Below are positions 38,621-46,712 of a stretch of 64,000 nucleotides of DNA, piece by piece. The notes below the pieces were generated by a model, which ran no database searches, was not told where the DNA came from, and was given only the letters and a program-made list of their open reading frames with translations. This DNA comes from a virus (taxonomy: Duplodnaviria > Caudoviricetes), in the IMG/VR virus record IMGVR_UViG_3300010429_002123. One strand, written 5' to 3'. Made by a program: the position numbers and the translations under genes. Position 1 is the stretch's first letter. Each line of letters opens with the position of its first letter.

Positions 38621-39265
38621 ATGAGTCTCGAAGATTACGCCGAAATGACGGGAAAACCTATAGACTCTGAGGGTAACCTTTACAAAGAGTGGATTAGATA
38701 CTCTTTAGAGGACGGTTGTGTGTCAGACCCTGTGCTGAGCGAATACAGGTGGGCTTCAGAAGACCCCTACAGCCCTTCAAGAAGAAGATATTATAGGCGT
38801 TTATTGCACAGAGAACTGGCCAAACAAAAACATCATCGGTATTCTTTATGGGCTAAAGAGTGGAATAAGAGCCTTCCCTTCAATTTCTATTTCCATAACG
38901 GTCTTTACCGAGTAGGTCTGGATATTCTTTCGGAAAATAACATAGGTGTCCCCGGCAAAGACATAAGATGCTCAACGACACACACTTTTGTTCAGGTTAT
39001 GCTCTTCTGGGCGTTGTGGGACATCCCCTTTTACACCATAAATGTGGAAAGTAAAAGTTTTTCCGAGAAGTACACATTACGTTCTACAGACATTTATTCT
39101 TATTTTAGCAACCGTGCGGAGACAGGGACAGAAAAAGGAACTGTTAACCTTAGACTCCTGGCCTACAAAGGTGACATTGAGATAAGAGACCCTTACTTTT
39201 TTAAGGAGATATTTCCCGAACTTAAACTCACCTCTTTGCAGTTGCAAGAAAAAGAAAAAATCTAA
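38621..39265 (+). CDS. Hypothetical protein
   Basis: Coupled ORF, 214 aa. Confidence 0.5.
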   Translation: MSLEDYAEMTGKPIDSEGNLYKEWIRYSLEDGCVSDPVLSEYRWASEDPYSPSRRRYYRRLLHRELAKQKHHRYSLWAKEWNKSLPFNFYFHNGLYRVGLDILSENNIGVPGKDIRCSTTHTFVQVMLFWALWDIPFYTINVESKSFSEKYTLRSTDIYSYFSNRAETGTEKGTVNLRLLAYKGDIEIRDPYFFKEIFPELKLTSLQLQEKEKI

Positions 39266-39315
39266 CCAGAAGAAAAAAATATCTTTTCGCAAAGGCGAAA
39301 TGAAGGTTAAAAATT

Positions 39316-39666
39316 ATGCTGGGCTTTTTAAAAGAACTTTTTTCAGACATAGCGGGTGCTTCAGATACTACTTGTTACCCCCGGCAGAAAAGGGTTTCTG
39401 GTAACAGTAATTACTACGAATACATTTTTGACGGAGACCCTAAAAACTGTAACATAATGAAGTTAAGAGAAGTCCTTAATGGTTGTATCCCTATTTATAA
39501 CACCTATCCCGAAACCTTCAGGACAAAAGAAGAGTTTGATAATGCTTACTCTATAGCAATAAAGCAATACAGGCAAAGGGAAAGGTACCATCAGGAAAAA
39601 AGAGAGGCCGAAAGAAACATCAAGGACTGGCAAAAAGAAGCGGAAAAAAGGCATAATGTTGAGTAG
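39316..39666 (+). CDS. Hypothetical protein
   Basis: ORF in operon. Confidence 0.45.
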   Translation: MLGFLKELFSDIAGASDTTCYPRQKRVSGNSNYYEYIFDGDPKNCNIMKLREVLNGCIPIYNTYPETFRTKEEFDNAYSIAIKQYRQRERYHQEKREAERNIKDWQKEAEKRHNVE

Positions 39667-39678
39667 GAGAGGATAACT

Positions 39679-40317
39679 ATGAGTAAGAATGAGTATAATC
39701 CCACATTTATATCTCCCCCCGGAGAAACCTTGCGTGAGGCTTTAAAAGAGAGAGAAATAACCCAGGCAGACCTGGAAAAAACTCTGAACCTCGATTTCCA
39801 CACCGTGGAAGGGCTGTTGCAAGGGGTTATCCCCCTGACAGAAGAAATCTCCGCCGGACTGGAAAGTGCTACAGGTATTCCGGCGAGTTTCTGGAAGAGT
39901 TCAGAGAAAAGATACAGAGAAAACCTGAGGAAAAATAAGGAGACCCTTAGAGAAAGTGTGGCCGAGTTCTGTTTTGAGCTTCGCAAGGAACACTTCAAAT
40001 TCGCCCTTAGGAGTGTTTATCGTACAGAGTTGAAAAACTACGAACTCACCTCTGATGGGTATGATTCTGTGTGGAGAAATCACTATTATAATATATTACC
40101 AGACGAGGATTGTGACTACCTCAGAAACTTGCTGAAGGTCTCTTATAAGACTCTCTCCGAAAAGGAGAAAGAAGCGGTTAGAAAAGAATCGGACAGACTT
40201 TTAGAGAACTTGAAATCTTATGCAGAAGAAGGCTTTACTGACTCGCTCTTCCTTTTGCTGAAAAGTCTGGAACACACCCGGACAGAGAATGAAAACTTGG
40301 AGAAAAAAGATAGTTAA
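39679..40317 (+). CDS. HigA-like XRE HTH fused to a domain paralogous to 40406
   Basis: SPPGETLRE.L.ER.ITQ.DL...GIPASFW; C-terminal SYKTLSEKEKE..RKE.D. Confidence 0.7.
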   Translation: MSKNEYNPTFISPPGETLREALKEREITQADLEKTLNLDFHTVEGLLQGVIPLTEEISAGLESATGIPASFWKSSEKRYRENLRKNKETLRESVAEFCFELRKEHFKFALRSVYRTELKNYELTSDGYDSVWRNHYYNILPDEDCDYLRNLLKVSYKTLSEKEKEAVRKESDRLLENLKSYAEEGFTDSLFLLLKSLEHTRTENENLEKKDS

Positions 40318-40365
40318 CTGTTTTTACAAAAAGGCTTGACAAGTGTAACAAAGAGATGATACTAT
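40312..40365 (+). promoter_or_regulatory. Conserved early promoter
   Basis: AGTTAACTGTTTTTACAAAAAGGC-TTGACA-18-TACTAT. Confidence 0.75.
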
Positions 40366-40405
40366 ACTAACAGTAACAACAAACTTACCACAAAGGAGAT
40401 GTCCT

Positions 40406-40834
40406 ATGAACGTAAGAGAAAGATTAGCCGAACTCTGTCACGAGCAGTGGAGCGGGTGGATGGAGTATTTGTTTAGTAAATGCGTGGAAAACAAAAAGAC
40501 CACGGAAATTGCTGGAAACACCTACGATTACACCTCTCTGACCATTCCAAGCTGGGCAGTAGAACGGTGGGGAAGACAGATGAAAACCCCCTATAAAGAC
40601 CTATCGGAGGAAGAAAAAGAATCAGACAGAAAAGAAGCAGATAAAATCCTGGCTCTCGGGAAAGAAATCTTTGACGAGGATTTAAAGACTCTTGTCATGG
40701 GGACGCTCCTCGAAACCCTAAAAGAGGAGTTCCCCGAAGACTTCCTTGATGACGGGGAAGAACCCTTCTGCATAGAGGAACTCCTTATGCCGGAAATAAG
40801 TGACCTTTTAGGTGAAGAAAAACCCAAAGAATAA
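40406..40834 (+). CDS. RyR-domain-like phage protein
   Basis: LAE.CHEQW...PYKDLSEEEKESDR. Confidence 0.6.
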   Translation: MNVRERLAELCHEQWSGWMEYLFSKCVENKKTTEIAGNTYDYTSLTIPSWAVERWGRQMKTPYKDLSEEEKESDRKEADKILALGKEIFDEDLKTLVMGTLLETLKEEFPEDFLDDGEEPFCIEELLMPEISDLLGEEKPKE

Positions 40835-40881
40835 GGGGTAAAGACCTTTAATTCTTTAGGCACGTGTGCTATAATTTAAAG

Positions 40882-41045
40882 AACATTGATAAAAATAAAA
40901 TAAGTGATAAATCCAGTCACTGACTCGAAGTTAAGTCTTTCTTAAGACTTTTTGAGTCAAAGGCTTAGAAAACTTTCAGTTTAGAGAGAGTGAGTAATTA
41001 AGCCAATCTAGCGGAGTTTCTAGAGAAACATGATTAGTTGGAAAG
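40882..41045 (+). ncRNA. Structured guide-RNA scaffold copy 1 (omegaRNA/tracr-fused-like)
   Basis: Downstream of TGcTATAAT (40867-40875); homologous to five other copies with compensatory changes; ends in the 30-nt repeat. Confidence 0.8.
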
Positions 41046-41169
41046 TACACGCCTTTCTAAGGAAACATATTTAGATGGAAAGGATAGAGAGTTTCCTTTG
41101 AAGAAAAGTTTCTAAAGGAACATGATTAGATGGAAAGTTTTAAAGGAGTAATTATAGTTAGGTGGAAAG
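41016..41169 (+). CRISPR. Mini-array 1 (3 repeats + degenerate 4th)
   Basis: Repeats at 41016-41045, ~41054-41082 and 41108-41137, degenerate to 41169; spacers ~8 and 25 nt. Confidence 0.7.
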
Positions 41170-41201
41170 ATAAGAAAAGGTAGGAAAAGAGGAAACAATT
41201 T

Positions 41202-41864
41202 TTGAAAGAAAGAATAAAACTTGTTCCCTGTGGGGTAGGGACGATTATTACTCTCCCACAGGAGTTAGAATCTTATTTTTTGGACTCTGCAAGGGAAGTG
41301 CGGAAAAAAGGCAAAATAAAAATTAAATTCGAGTTAACACCCCAGGCCAAAATCTTAGACATATATAACCTGCTTTATTACTACAGGTCTAAGAAGCAAC
41401 CCCTGCTTTACACTTTAACCCTTTTTGATGAGCTGTTTCTTCTGAAAATAGAAGAATGCGAGTATGGTTTTGTGTTGAGGGGGTCACCCGTAACTCTCAT
41501 TGTCCGTGGGTTACTGGGAAGAGCAGAGACATTTGATGAGAAGGAGTGTGTTATGGAAAACTTTAGAGAGTTTTTACCTAAAGACCTGACTATTCAGGAA
41601 GTAGTCAGAGAATTTCAAGGAAGATGTAACGCTGTAAGTTTCAAACTGAATAGAGAGATTCCAGGTACCATCTCTGTATTGGAAGAAAGATTTTCTGTAG
41701 AAAAAGGCTTTGGTTTAAAAAGAACTTTCTTCACGGGCAGTAATGGGGACGCTCCCCCCAAGAAAAAACCTCTTTATACGATTTCTGTCACCGTTCGGGA
41801 ACTCGCTGGAGCAGAAGGGGTTCCGATTCCTGAGATTTGCATAGAGGGACTGTCTGCCGGTTAA
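41202..41864 (+). CDS. Hypothetical protein between scaffold copies 1 and 2
   Basis: 220-aa ORF, TTG start. Confidence 0.5.
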   Translation: MKERIKLVPCGVGTIITLPQELESYFLDSAREVRKKGKIKIKFELTPQAKILDIYNLLYYYRSKKQPLLYTLTLFDELFLLKIEECEYGFVLRGSPVTLIVRGLLGRAETFDEKECVMENFREFLPKDLTIQEVVREFQGRCNAVSFKLNREIPGTISVLEERFSVEKGFGLKRTFFTGSNGDAPPKKKPLYTISVTVRELAGAEGVPIPEICIEGLSAG

Positions 41865-41904
41865 AGAAAGTTTCACAGACCGTTAAAAAGTTTTAAAAAT
41901 TGGC

Positions 41905-41933
41905 TTGACAATCTTTACTATTCGTAGTATGAT
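41905..41933 (+). promoter_or_regulatory. Promoter for scaffold copy 2 and nuclease gene
   Basis: TTGACA-17-TATGAT. Confidence 0.75.
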
Positions 41934-41940
41934 TATTTAA

Positions 41941-42106
41941 AGAACACCAACGAAAACAAAAATAACCGATAAGTCCAGTCGGTGACTCGAAGTTAAGTCT
42001 TTCTTAAGACTTTTTGAGTCAAAGGCTTGCAAAGTTCTCGGTTTATAGAGAACGAGTAATCAAGCCAATCTAACGGGTTTCTAAAGAAACATGGTTAGAT
42101 GGAAAG
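41941..42106 (+). ncRNA. Structured guide-RNA scaffold copy 2
   Basis: Stems ACCGA/TCGGT, GACTC/GAGTC, AAGTCTT/AAGACTT, GGCTTG/CAAGCC, GTTCTC/GAGAAC, CTAAC/GTTAG. Confidence 0.8.
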
Positions 42107-42144
42107 ATTTCATAATTTCTTTAGAAACGTGGTTAGTTGGAAAG
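42077..42144 (+). CRISPR. Mini-array 2 (2 repeats)
   Basis: Repeats at 42077-42106 and 42115-42144; 8-nt spacer. Confidence 0.7.
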
Positions 42145-42254
42145 AATGAGGGTTTGTTGGAGTTTTCGGAGAAAAGACTTTAAAACCCGGTTTTTCGGAA
42201 AGATGGGAAAAGTTTTAAGGTTCAAAAGTGAAAGAATTAATAGGAGGGAACGAC

Positions 42255-44552
42255 ATGATAGTTAGAAAAAGGAGAAAACTGAAGGACACTACGGAGGCGA
42301 AAGCTAAGAGGTCAGCCTCTGCCAAAAGGGCGAAAAGATATTCGGGACCGAAGTTCGCCTTTACTTTACCGCTTAAGGCTTGCAAATGGGAGAAAGACAT
42401 GGTATTTAAAAAGATAAACGGATACAGGCAAATGTATAATCACACTACTTTTGTAATATCTAAGTTATATCACGCCATGTGCCTCTCTTTACTGGAAGAC
42501 CAGGGTACTACCATTACAGACTCTGTCTTAAAAAGTATGAAAGGGCAGTTTGACAAGGCAAAAAGAGACTGTATAGAGAAGTATAAAGGACAGACCTACA
42601 CAAAACAGGAGTTCGCTTCTCTGCTCGAGTCCGAAGGGTTTAATGCGAAAGAAATAGAAAAAGCCATTCTCTGTTTTGCAAAAGAGAAGTTCAAAGAGAA
42701 AAAACTTGAACTAATAAAAGCTCAGAAAAACTTAAATAAGAAAAGTGCCATTTCCAACAAAATGAGTAATAAAACTGGGGGGAGCATCCTGGAAAAAACC
42801 GAGGAAGAAGAAGAGTATGAAGAGTTTTTAGAAAGCCTCGAAGAAGATGAAGACCCCACTACAGACTCTGACCCCGACTTAAAAGAGGCTCTTTCTGAGC
42901 CCGACGTCTGGGTAACCACAGACAAAGTCTACACAGGGGCGGAGAAGAAAACAGCTAAAGAGAACGCCCGGAAGGCAAGGGAGGAGCTCCAGAGAATAAA
43001 AGATGATTATGTCACTTTTCTTAAGTCGCACGGTCTTCCCACAGGTAATAAAAATAGCATAAACACAACACCCCCGGCAGAATTCAGAATTAAACACCCC
43101 CATTTGTATTATAATCTGCCTGGAAATGTTGTAGACACCATACTGGCCAGGGTGGAGTGTGCTCAGAAAAAGGTCTTTTACCAGGATGGTATGAACTTTA
43201 ATTATTACAGAAAAGACTTACGTAAGTCTTACCCCGCCAGAAAAGGTTCAGACCTTGCCATAGAACGGGACGCAAAAAATCCTCAGAAGTTTGTGCTCAG
43301 TGTGAGATTCGGGCACCATATTTCAAAAGAAAGAGAAAAACAGGGAGAAAAACAGGAAGAGTTTTTGAAACTTCCAATCGTAGCAGTAACCCCCTACGAC
43401 TTTGAGGTGCTGAACAGGTTGGAAACAGGTGTTTTTCAAGAGCACAGAATTCTGCGTAAGCAGGTGGGAAAAGAACTGAAGCTGTTTGTGCAGGTGGTTG
43501 TAAACGGAGAACCGCCTAAAAAACCCCAAAAGCTCGGAAAAGGCGTTGTAGGCATAGATATAGGAACACAAACGACAGGCTTTCATAGTGACACGGTAAC
43601 AAGATTAGTGGAACTGGCAGACACTCTTTACCCACAGGAAAAAGAATTCGTCTTCATAAAAAGAGCCCTCGACAGGTCGAGAAGAATGACCAACGTGACT
43701 AACTATAAGCCGGATAAAGAAGGAAGAAAAGGAAGAGGAGACGTAGCTGACAGAAAAGACAGAAAAGGGTGGATAAAGTCGAGATATTACAGGGAACTGC
43801 AGAGACTCCTGAGAAGTAATGAGCGTAAAAGAGCGAGAAAAAGAGAGCTTGCTCACTTCCTTTTAGCAAAAGAAATTGTGGCTCTCGGAGATACCTTTGT
43901 AATAGAAAAAGTCAACTGGAAGGGACTTCAAAGACGGGCAAAAAAGACAGAAAAGAACTCCAAAGGGAAGTTTAAAAAGAAAAAAAGGTTCGGTAAGAGT
44001 CTGGGAGAAAAAGCCCCGGCAAGTTTCGAGCAAATCCTTAAGAGAAAAGTTGAACAGGCCGGAGGAAAGTTCATCTACGTAAACACTCAGGCATATAGAG
44101 CCTCCCAGTATAATCATGTGACAGATACTTACACAAAAAGAGACCTGAGTACCCGCTGGGTTAACATAGGAGGCCACGTCGTTCAAAGAGATATGTATTC
44201 AGCCTTTTTGTTAAAAAACTTCAAAAACGAAGTGTCTCCTGACAGGAAAAAGTGTGAAGAAGACTTTGATGACTTTCTCACACGTCACAATGCGGAAGTT
44301 ACGCGTCTGAACCAGCTTAAACTAACAAAGGTCTTAAAAAGCTCGATGGGCATGAACCACATACCTTCTGCTATGGAGCTTGAATTAGCCAGGTTAGAAG
44401 GGTCTGTGGAAGAAGAAGTCCTTGACCGGATAGAAAGCTCTCTGGCCAGAGCAGAAGAGACTTACGGAGAAGAAATCCCGGAAGAAGTCCTCGAAGAGAT
44501 TTTTAACCCAAAACTCTCTATAGAAGAAATCTCCGGGATAGCCGCAGACTGA
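42255..44552 (+). CDS. tnpB: Large TnpB/Cas12-like RNA-guided RuvC nuclease (~765 aa)
   Basis: RuvC-I VVGIDIG, RuvC-II FVIEKVNWKGL, RuvC-III QRDMYSAF; RALDRSRR, KKRFGKSL..KAP and ASQYNH motifs of a TnpB clade; GGAGG RBS before ATG 42255 (track start is GTG 42228). Confidence 0.85.
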   Translation: MIVRKRRKLKDTTEAKAKRSASAKRAKRYSGPKFAFTLPLKACKWEKDMVFKKINGYRQMYNHTTFVISKLYHAMCLSLLEDQGTTITDSVLKSMKGQFDKAKRDCIEKYKGQTYTKQEFASLLESEGFNAKEIEKAILCFAKEKFKEKKLELIKAQKNLNKKSAISNKMSNKTGGSILEKTEEEEEYEEFLESLEEDEDPTTDSDPDLKEALSEPDVWVTTDKVYTGAEKKTAKENARKAREELQRIKDDYVTFLKSHGLPTGNKNSINTTPPAEFRIKHPHLYYNLPGNVVDTILARVECAQKKVFYQDGMNFNYYRKDLRKSYPARKGSDLAIERDAKNPQKFVLSVRFGHHISKEREKQGEKQEEFLKLPIVAVTPYDFEVLNRLETGVFQEHRILRKQVGKELKLFVQVVVNGEPPKKPQKLGKGVVGIDIGTQTTGFHSDTVTRLVELADTLYPQEKEFVFIKRALDRSRRMTNVTNYKPDKEGRKGRGDVADRKDRKGWIKSRYYRELQRLLRSNERKRARKRELAHFLLAKEIVALGDTFVIEKVNWKGLQRRAKKTEKNSKGKFKKKKRFGKSLGEKAPASFEQILKRKVEQAGGKFIYVNTQAYRASQYNHVTDTYTKRDLSTRWVNIGGHVVQRDMYSAFLLKNFKNEVSPDRKKCEEDFDDFLTRHNAEVTRLNQLKLTKVLKSSMGMNHIPSAMELELARLEGSVEEEVLDRIESSLARAEETYGEEIPEEVLEEIFNPKLSIEEISGIAAD

Positions 44553-44562
44553 TTACCAGTAA

Positions 44563-44596
44563 CCCGTGACTGAGTTGCCAAGACCAAAGTCACGGG
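44563..44596 (+). other. Hairpin immediately downstream of the nuclease gene
   Basis: CCCGTGACT...AGTCACGGG. Confidence 0.5.
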
Positions 44597-44614
44597 ACTT
44601 ACTCTGGTTAAAAT

Positions 44615-44775
44615 GTAGACAAAAGATTAAAATAAGTGACAAATCCAGTCACTACCTTGAAGCTAAGTCTTAGAAAAGACTTTTTAAGGTAAGGCTTGGA
44701 AAGTTCTCGGTTTATAGAGAATGGGTAATCAAGCCAAACTAACAGGGTTCTAAGGAATTACGGTTAGATGGAAAG
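44615..44775 (+). ncRNA. Structured guide-RNA scaffold copy 3
   Basis: AGTGAC-AAATCCA-GTCACT; TACCTT/AAGGTA; ends GGTTCTAAGGAATTACGGTTAGATGGAAAG. Confidence 0.8.
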
Positions 44776-44827
44776 CTCTAATCCTTCTCTTGAAAGTGTT
44801 TCTAAAGAAACATGGTTAGATGGAAAG
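44746..44827 (+). CRISPR. Mini-array 3 (2 repeats)
   Basis: Repeats at 44746-44775 and 44798-44827; 22-nt spacer CTCTAATCCTTCTCTTGAAAGT. Confidence 0.7.
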
Positions 44828-44871
44828 ATGATAGATTTTAATGTAGAGAGTAGAAGTGAGGTGGAGTAAGA

Positions 44872-45321
44872 GTGGGAGAATCTAGTGAGAACTTTGGAAA
44901 TATGGTAAAACTATACAGGCTCGCTGAAGACGTGATGGAAAAAGCTGAGAAAAAACATGAAGAGATAAAAGAGAAAAGAAAAGCGAAAAGAGCTTTAAGA
45001 GGCGTGCAGAAAAAAGCGGAACCCAAAAAAACTTATAAAGACCTTTTAGAAACCTTTAATCAGATGGTTAAAGATAAGTTTCAGATTATTCCCCCTCTCT
45101 GCGGGAAAGACGCCAAGTTTTCTAAAGAGCTCATAGACCACTTCGGTTACGAGTTAACTGAAAGGGTTTTTTTATGGACTCTTAAAGAATGGAAAACCAT
45201 ACAGAGAAAGTTCAGGATAGAGGGTCTTCCCACAGTGGGAATTATTTACGGATTTAATAACTATTTGTTTTCTGAGGTACAGAAGCAGGAAAAACTCTCA
45301 GAAACAGAGAATGAATTTTAA
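44872..45321 (+). CDS. Hypothetical protein (replication module context)
   Basis: GAGGTGGAG RBS; lies upstream of loader and helicase. Confidence 0.5.
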   Translation: MGESSENFGNMVKLYRLAEDVMEKAEKKHEEIKEKRKAKRALRGVQKKAEPKKTYKDLLETFNQMVKDKFQIIPPLCGKDAKFSKELIDHFGYELTERVFLWTLKEWKTIQRKFRIEGLPTVGIIYGFNNYLFSEVQKQEKLSETENEF

Positions 45322-45344
45322 TAAAAAGAAAGCAGGAAAAGGAG

Positions 45345-45650
45345 GTGATTACAGTGGAAATAATGCTGAATAAGATGACAGACCAGGAAAAGACAGAGTT
45401 TTACAAAGAGAAAATTCTAGCCTGGGGCAAAAAGCACGGAGGAGTTTTCTCTATCCCCTACTGCTTGCGAAAGAAAGAAGACAGCGAGCTACACGAGACA
45501 TGGGTAACTTTTTTGACAGAAAACGCCCCCCGGATTGTAAAGACAAGACAGATGGAATTTACTCCGAGAGCCCTGAAAGAACTTCAAAAAACAAACAAAA
45601 TAAAAAAACTTCCGAGTTCAACAAGCTTTAGAAAGTATGCCCTTGTATAA
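45345..45650 (+). CDS. Hypothetical protein
   Basis: ORF in operon. Confidence 0.45.
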   Translation: MITVEIMLNKMTDQEKTEFYKEKILAWGKKHGGVFSIPYCLRKKEDSELHETWVTFLTENAPRIVKTRQMEFTPRALKELQKTNKIKKLPSSTSFRKYALV

Positions 45651-45676
45651 CCGGGGAAAATAACCAGAGAGGAGGC

Positions 45677-46336
45677 GTGGAGATACAAATAAAAAGTGGA
45701 AAAATTAAAATTCAAAGTAAAGACTTTCTGGTCAGAGCCAGAATTCCTGAGAGGTTCTGGAAAGTGAAACTGAACCTTATTCCAGAGTCCCCATATAAAG
45801 ATACTCTTAACAACTATATAGAAAACTTCGAGGACTTCTACACACGAGGTGTAGGTCTTTTTATATACTCGAAAGACAATTCCTGTGGAAAGACTTCTGC
45901 AGGGGTTATTCTGTTAAAAGCGGGTATAAGTAAGGGTTTAACCTGTCTTTTTGCTGGCTCTGATGAAGTCATGGACAGTAAAGTGAGAAAAATAAGATTT
46001 GACGAAGACGAAGACCTTATTTCTCGCATGCACAGAGTGAATATACTTCTTATTGACGACATCGACAAAGAATACAGAGGAACCAGCGGTTTTTCTGAAA
46101 ATCAACTCGAGGCTCTTATACGAAAAAGGTCACAACAGCTAAAAGTGACCATCGTAACCAGTAACAGAACACCTGCAGAAATAAAAGAAATCTACAGTTC
46201 TGCCCTTTCAGAACTTATGAAAGAGTGTATGTACCCACTCAAGATTCCGGGACAGAGTGAGGGAGGAAAAAACTGGAGAGCAGAAGAGGCTCGTTTTTTA
46301 GCAGAAAAACTTCGAGTTCCCCCTAAAGACTACTGA
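45677..46336 (+). CDS. DnaC/IstB-like AAA+ helicase loader
   Basis: IPERF, GLFIY..NSCGKT (Walker A), ILLIDD (Walker B), TIVTSN. Confidence 0.8.
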   Translation: MEIQIKSGKIKIQSKDFLVRARIPERFWKVKLNLIPESPYKDTLNNYIENFEDFYTRGVGLFIYSKDNSCGKTSAGVILLKAGISKGLTCLFAGSDEVMDSKVRKIRFDEDEDLISRMHRVNILLIDDIDKEYRGTSGFSENQLEALIRKRSQQLKVTIVTSNRTPAEIKEIYSSALSELMKECMYPLKIPGQSEGGKNWRAEEARFLAEKLRVPPKDY

Positions 46337-46372
46337 AAAGCTACTTAGTAAACTAGAGGAGGAAAACATTAA

Positions 46373-46630
46373 ATGATGACTACAGTAAAACGCAAAATTG
46401 TCTCTCTCCGGGGAGCGAAAGCAGAACTTATAGAAGGCCGTGTGTACGACCTCAGACCCGGACAAATAAAATATGAAATTCGACACAGTAAACAAGACCC
46501 AACTGTTCCCAGCTCTCTTGAAATTCGAGTAAAAGGAAACTTCTACGGAACCCTCCTGACTTCTGTCCACATAGGTGGGGTTTACTCGGAACTCTCAGCA
46601 GAAGAACAAAAAATCCTCTCTTTTGATTAG
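46373..46630 (+). CDS. Hypothetical protein
   Basis: GAGGAGG RBS. Confidence 0.5.
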   Translation: MMTTVKRKIVSLRGAKAELIEGRVYDLRPGQIKYEIRHSKQDPTVPSSLEIRVKGNFYGTLLTSVHIGGVYSELSAEEQKILSFD

Positions 46631-46712
46631 CCCAGCGTTCTTAACTATTTAACTACTTTGGTCAGTTTGGGTGCCTCCGGCTGGCCTACTATAAGGGAAG
46701 GAACTGTCGTGC

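Noticed and set aside
41900-44830. Active IS200/IS605 or IS607 element
   Set aside because: No tnpA or serine recombinase nearby, and the non-coding copies are diverged with compensatory changes rather than near-identical ends.
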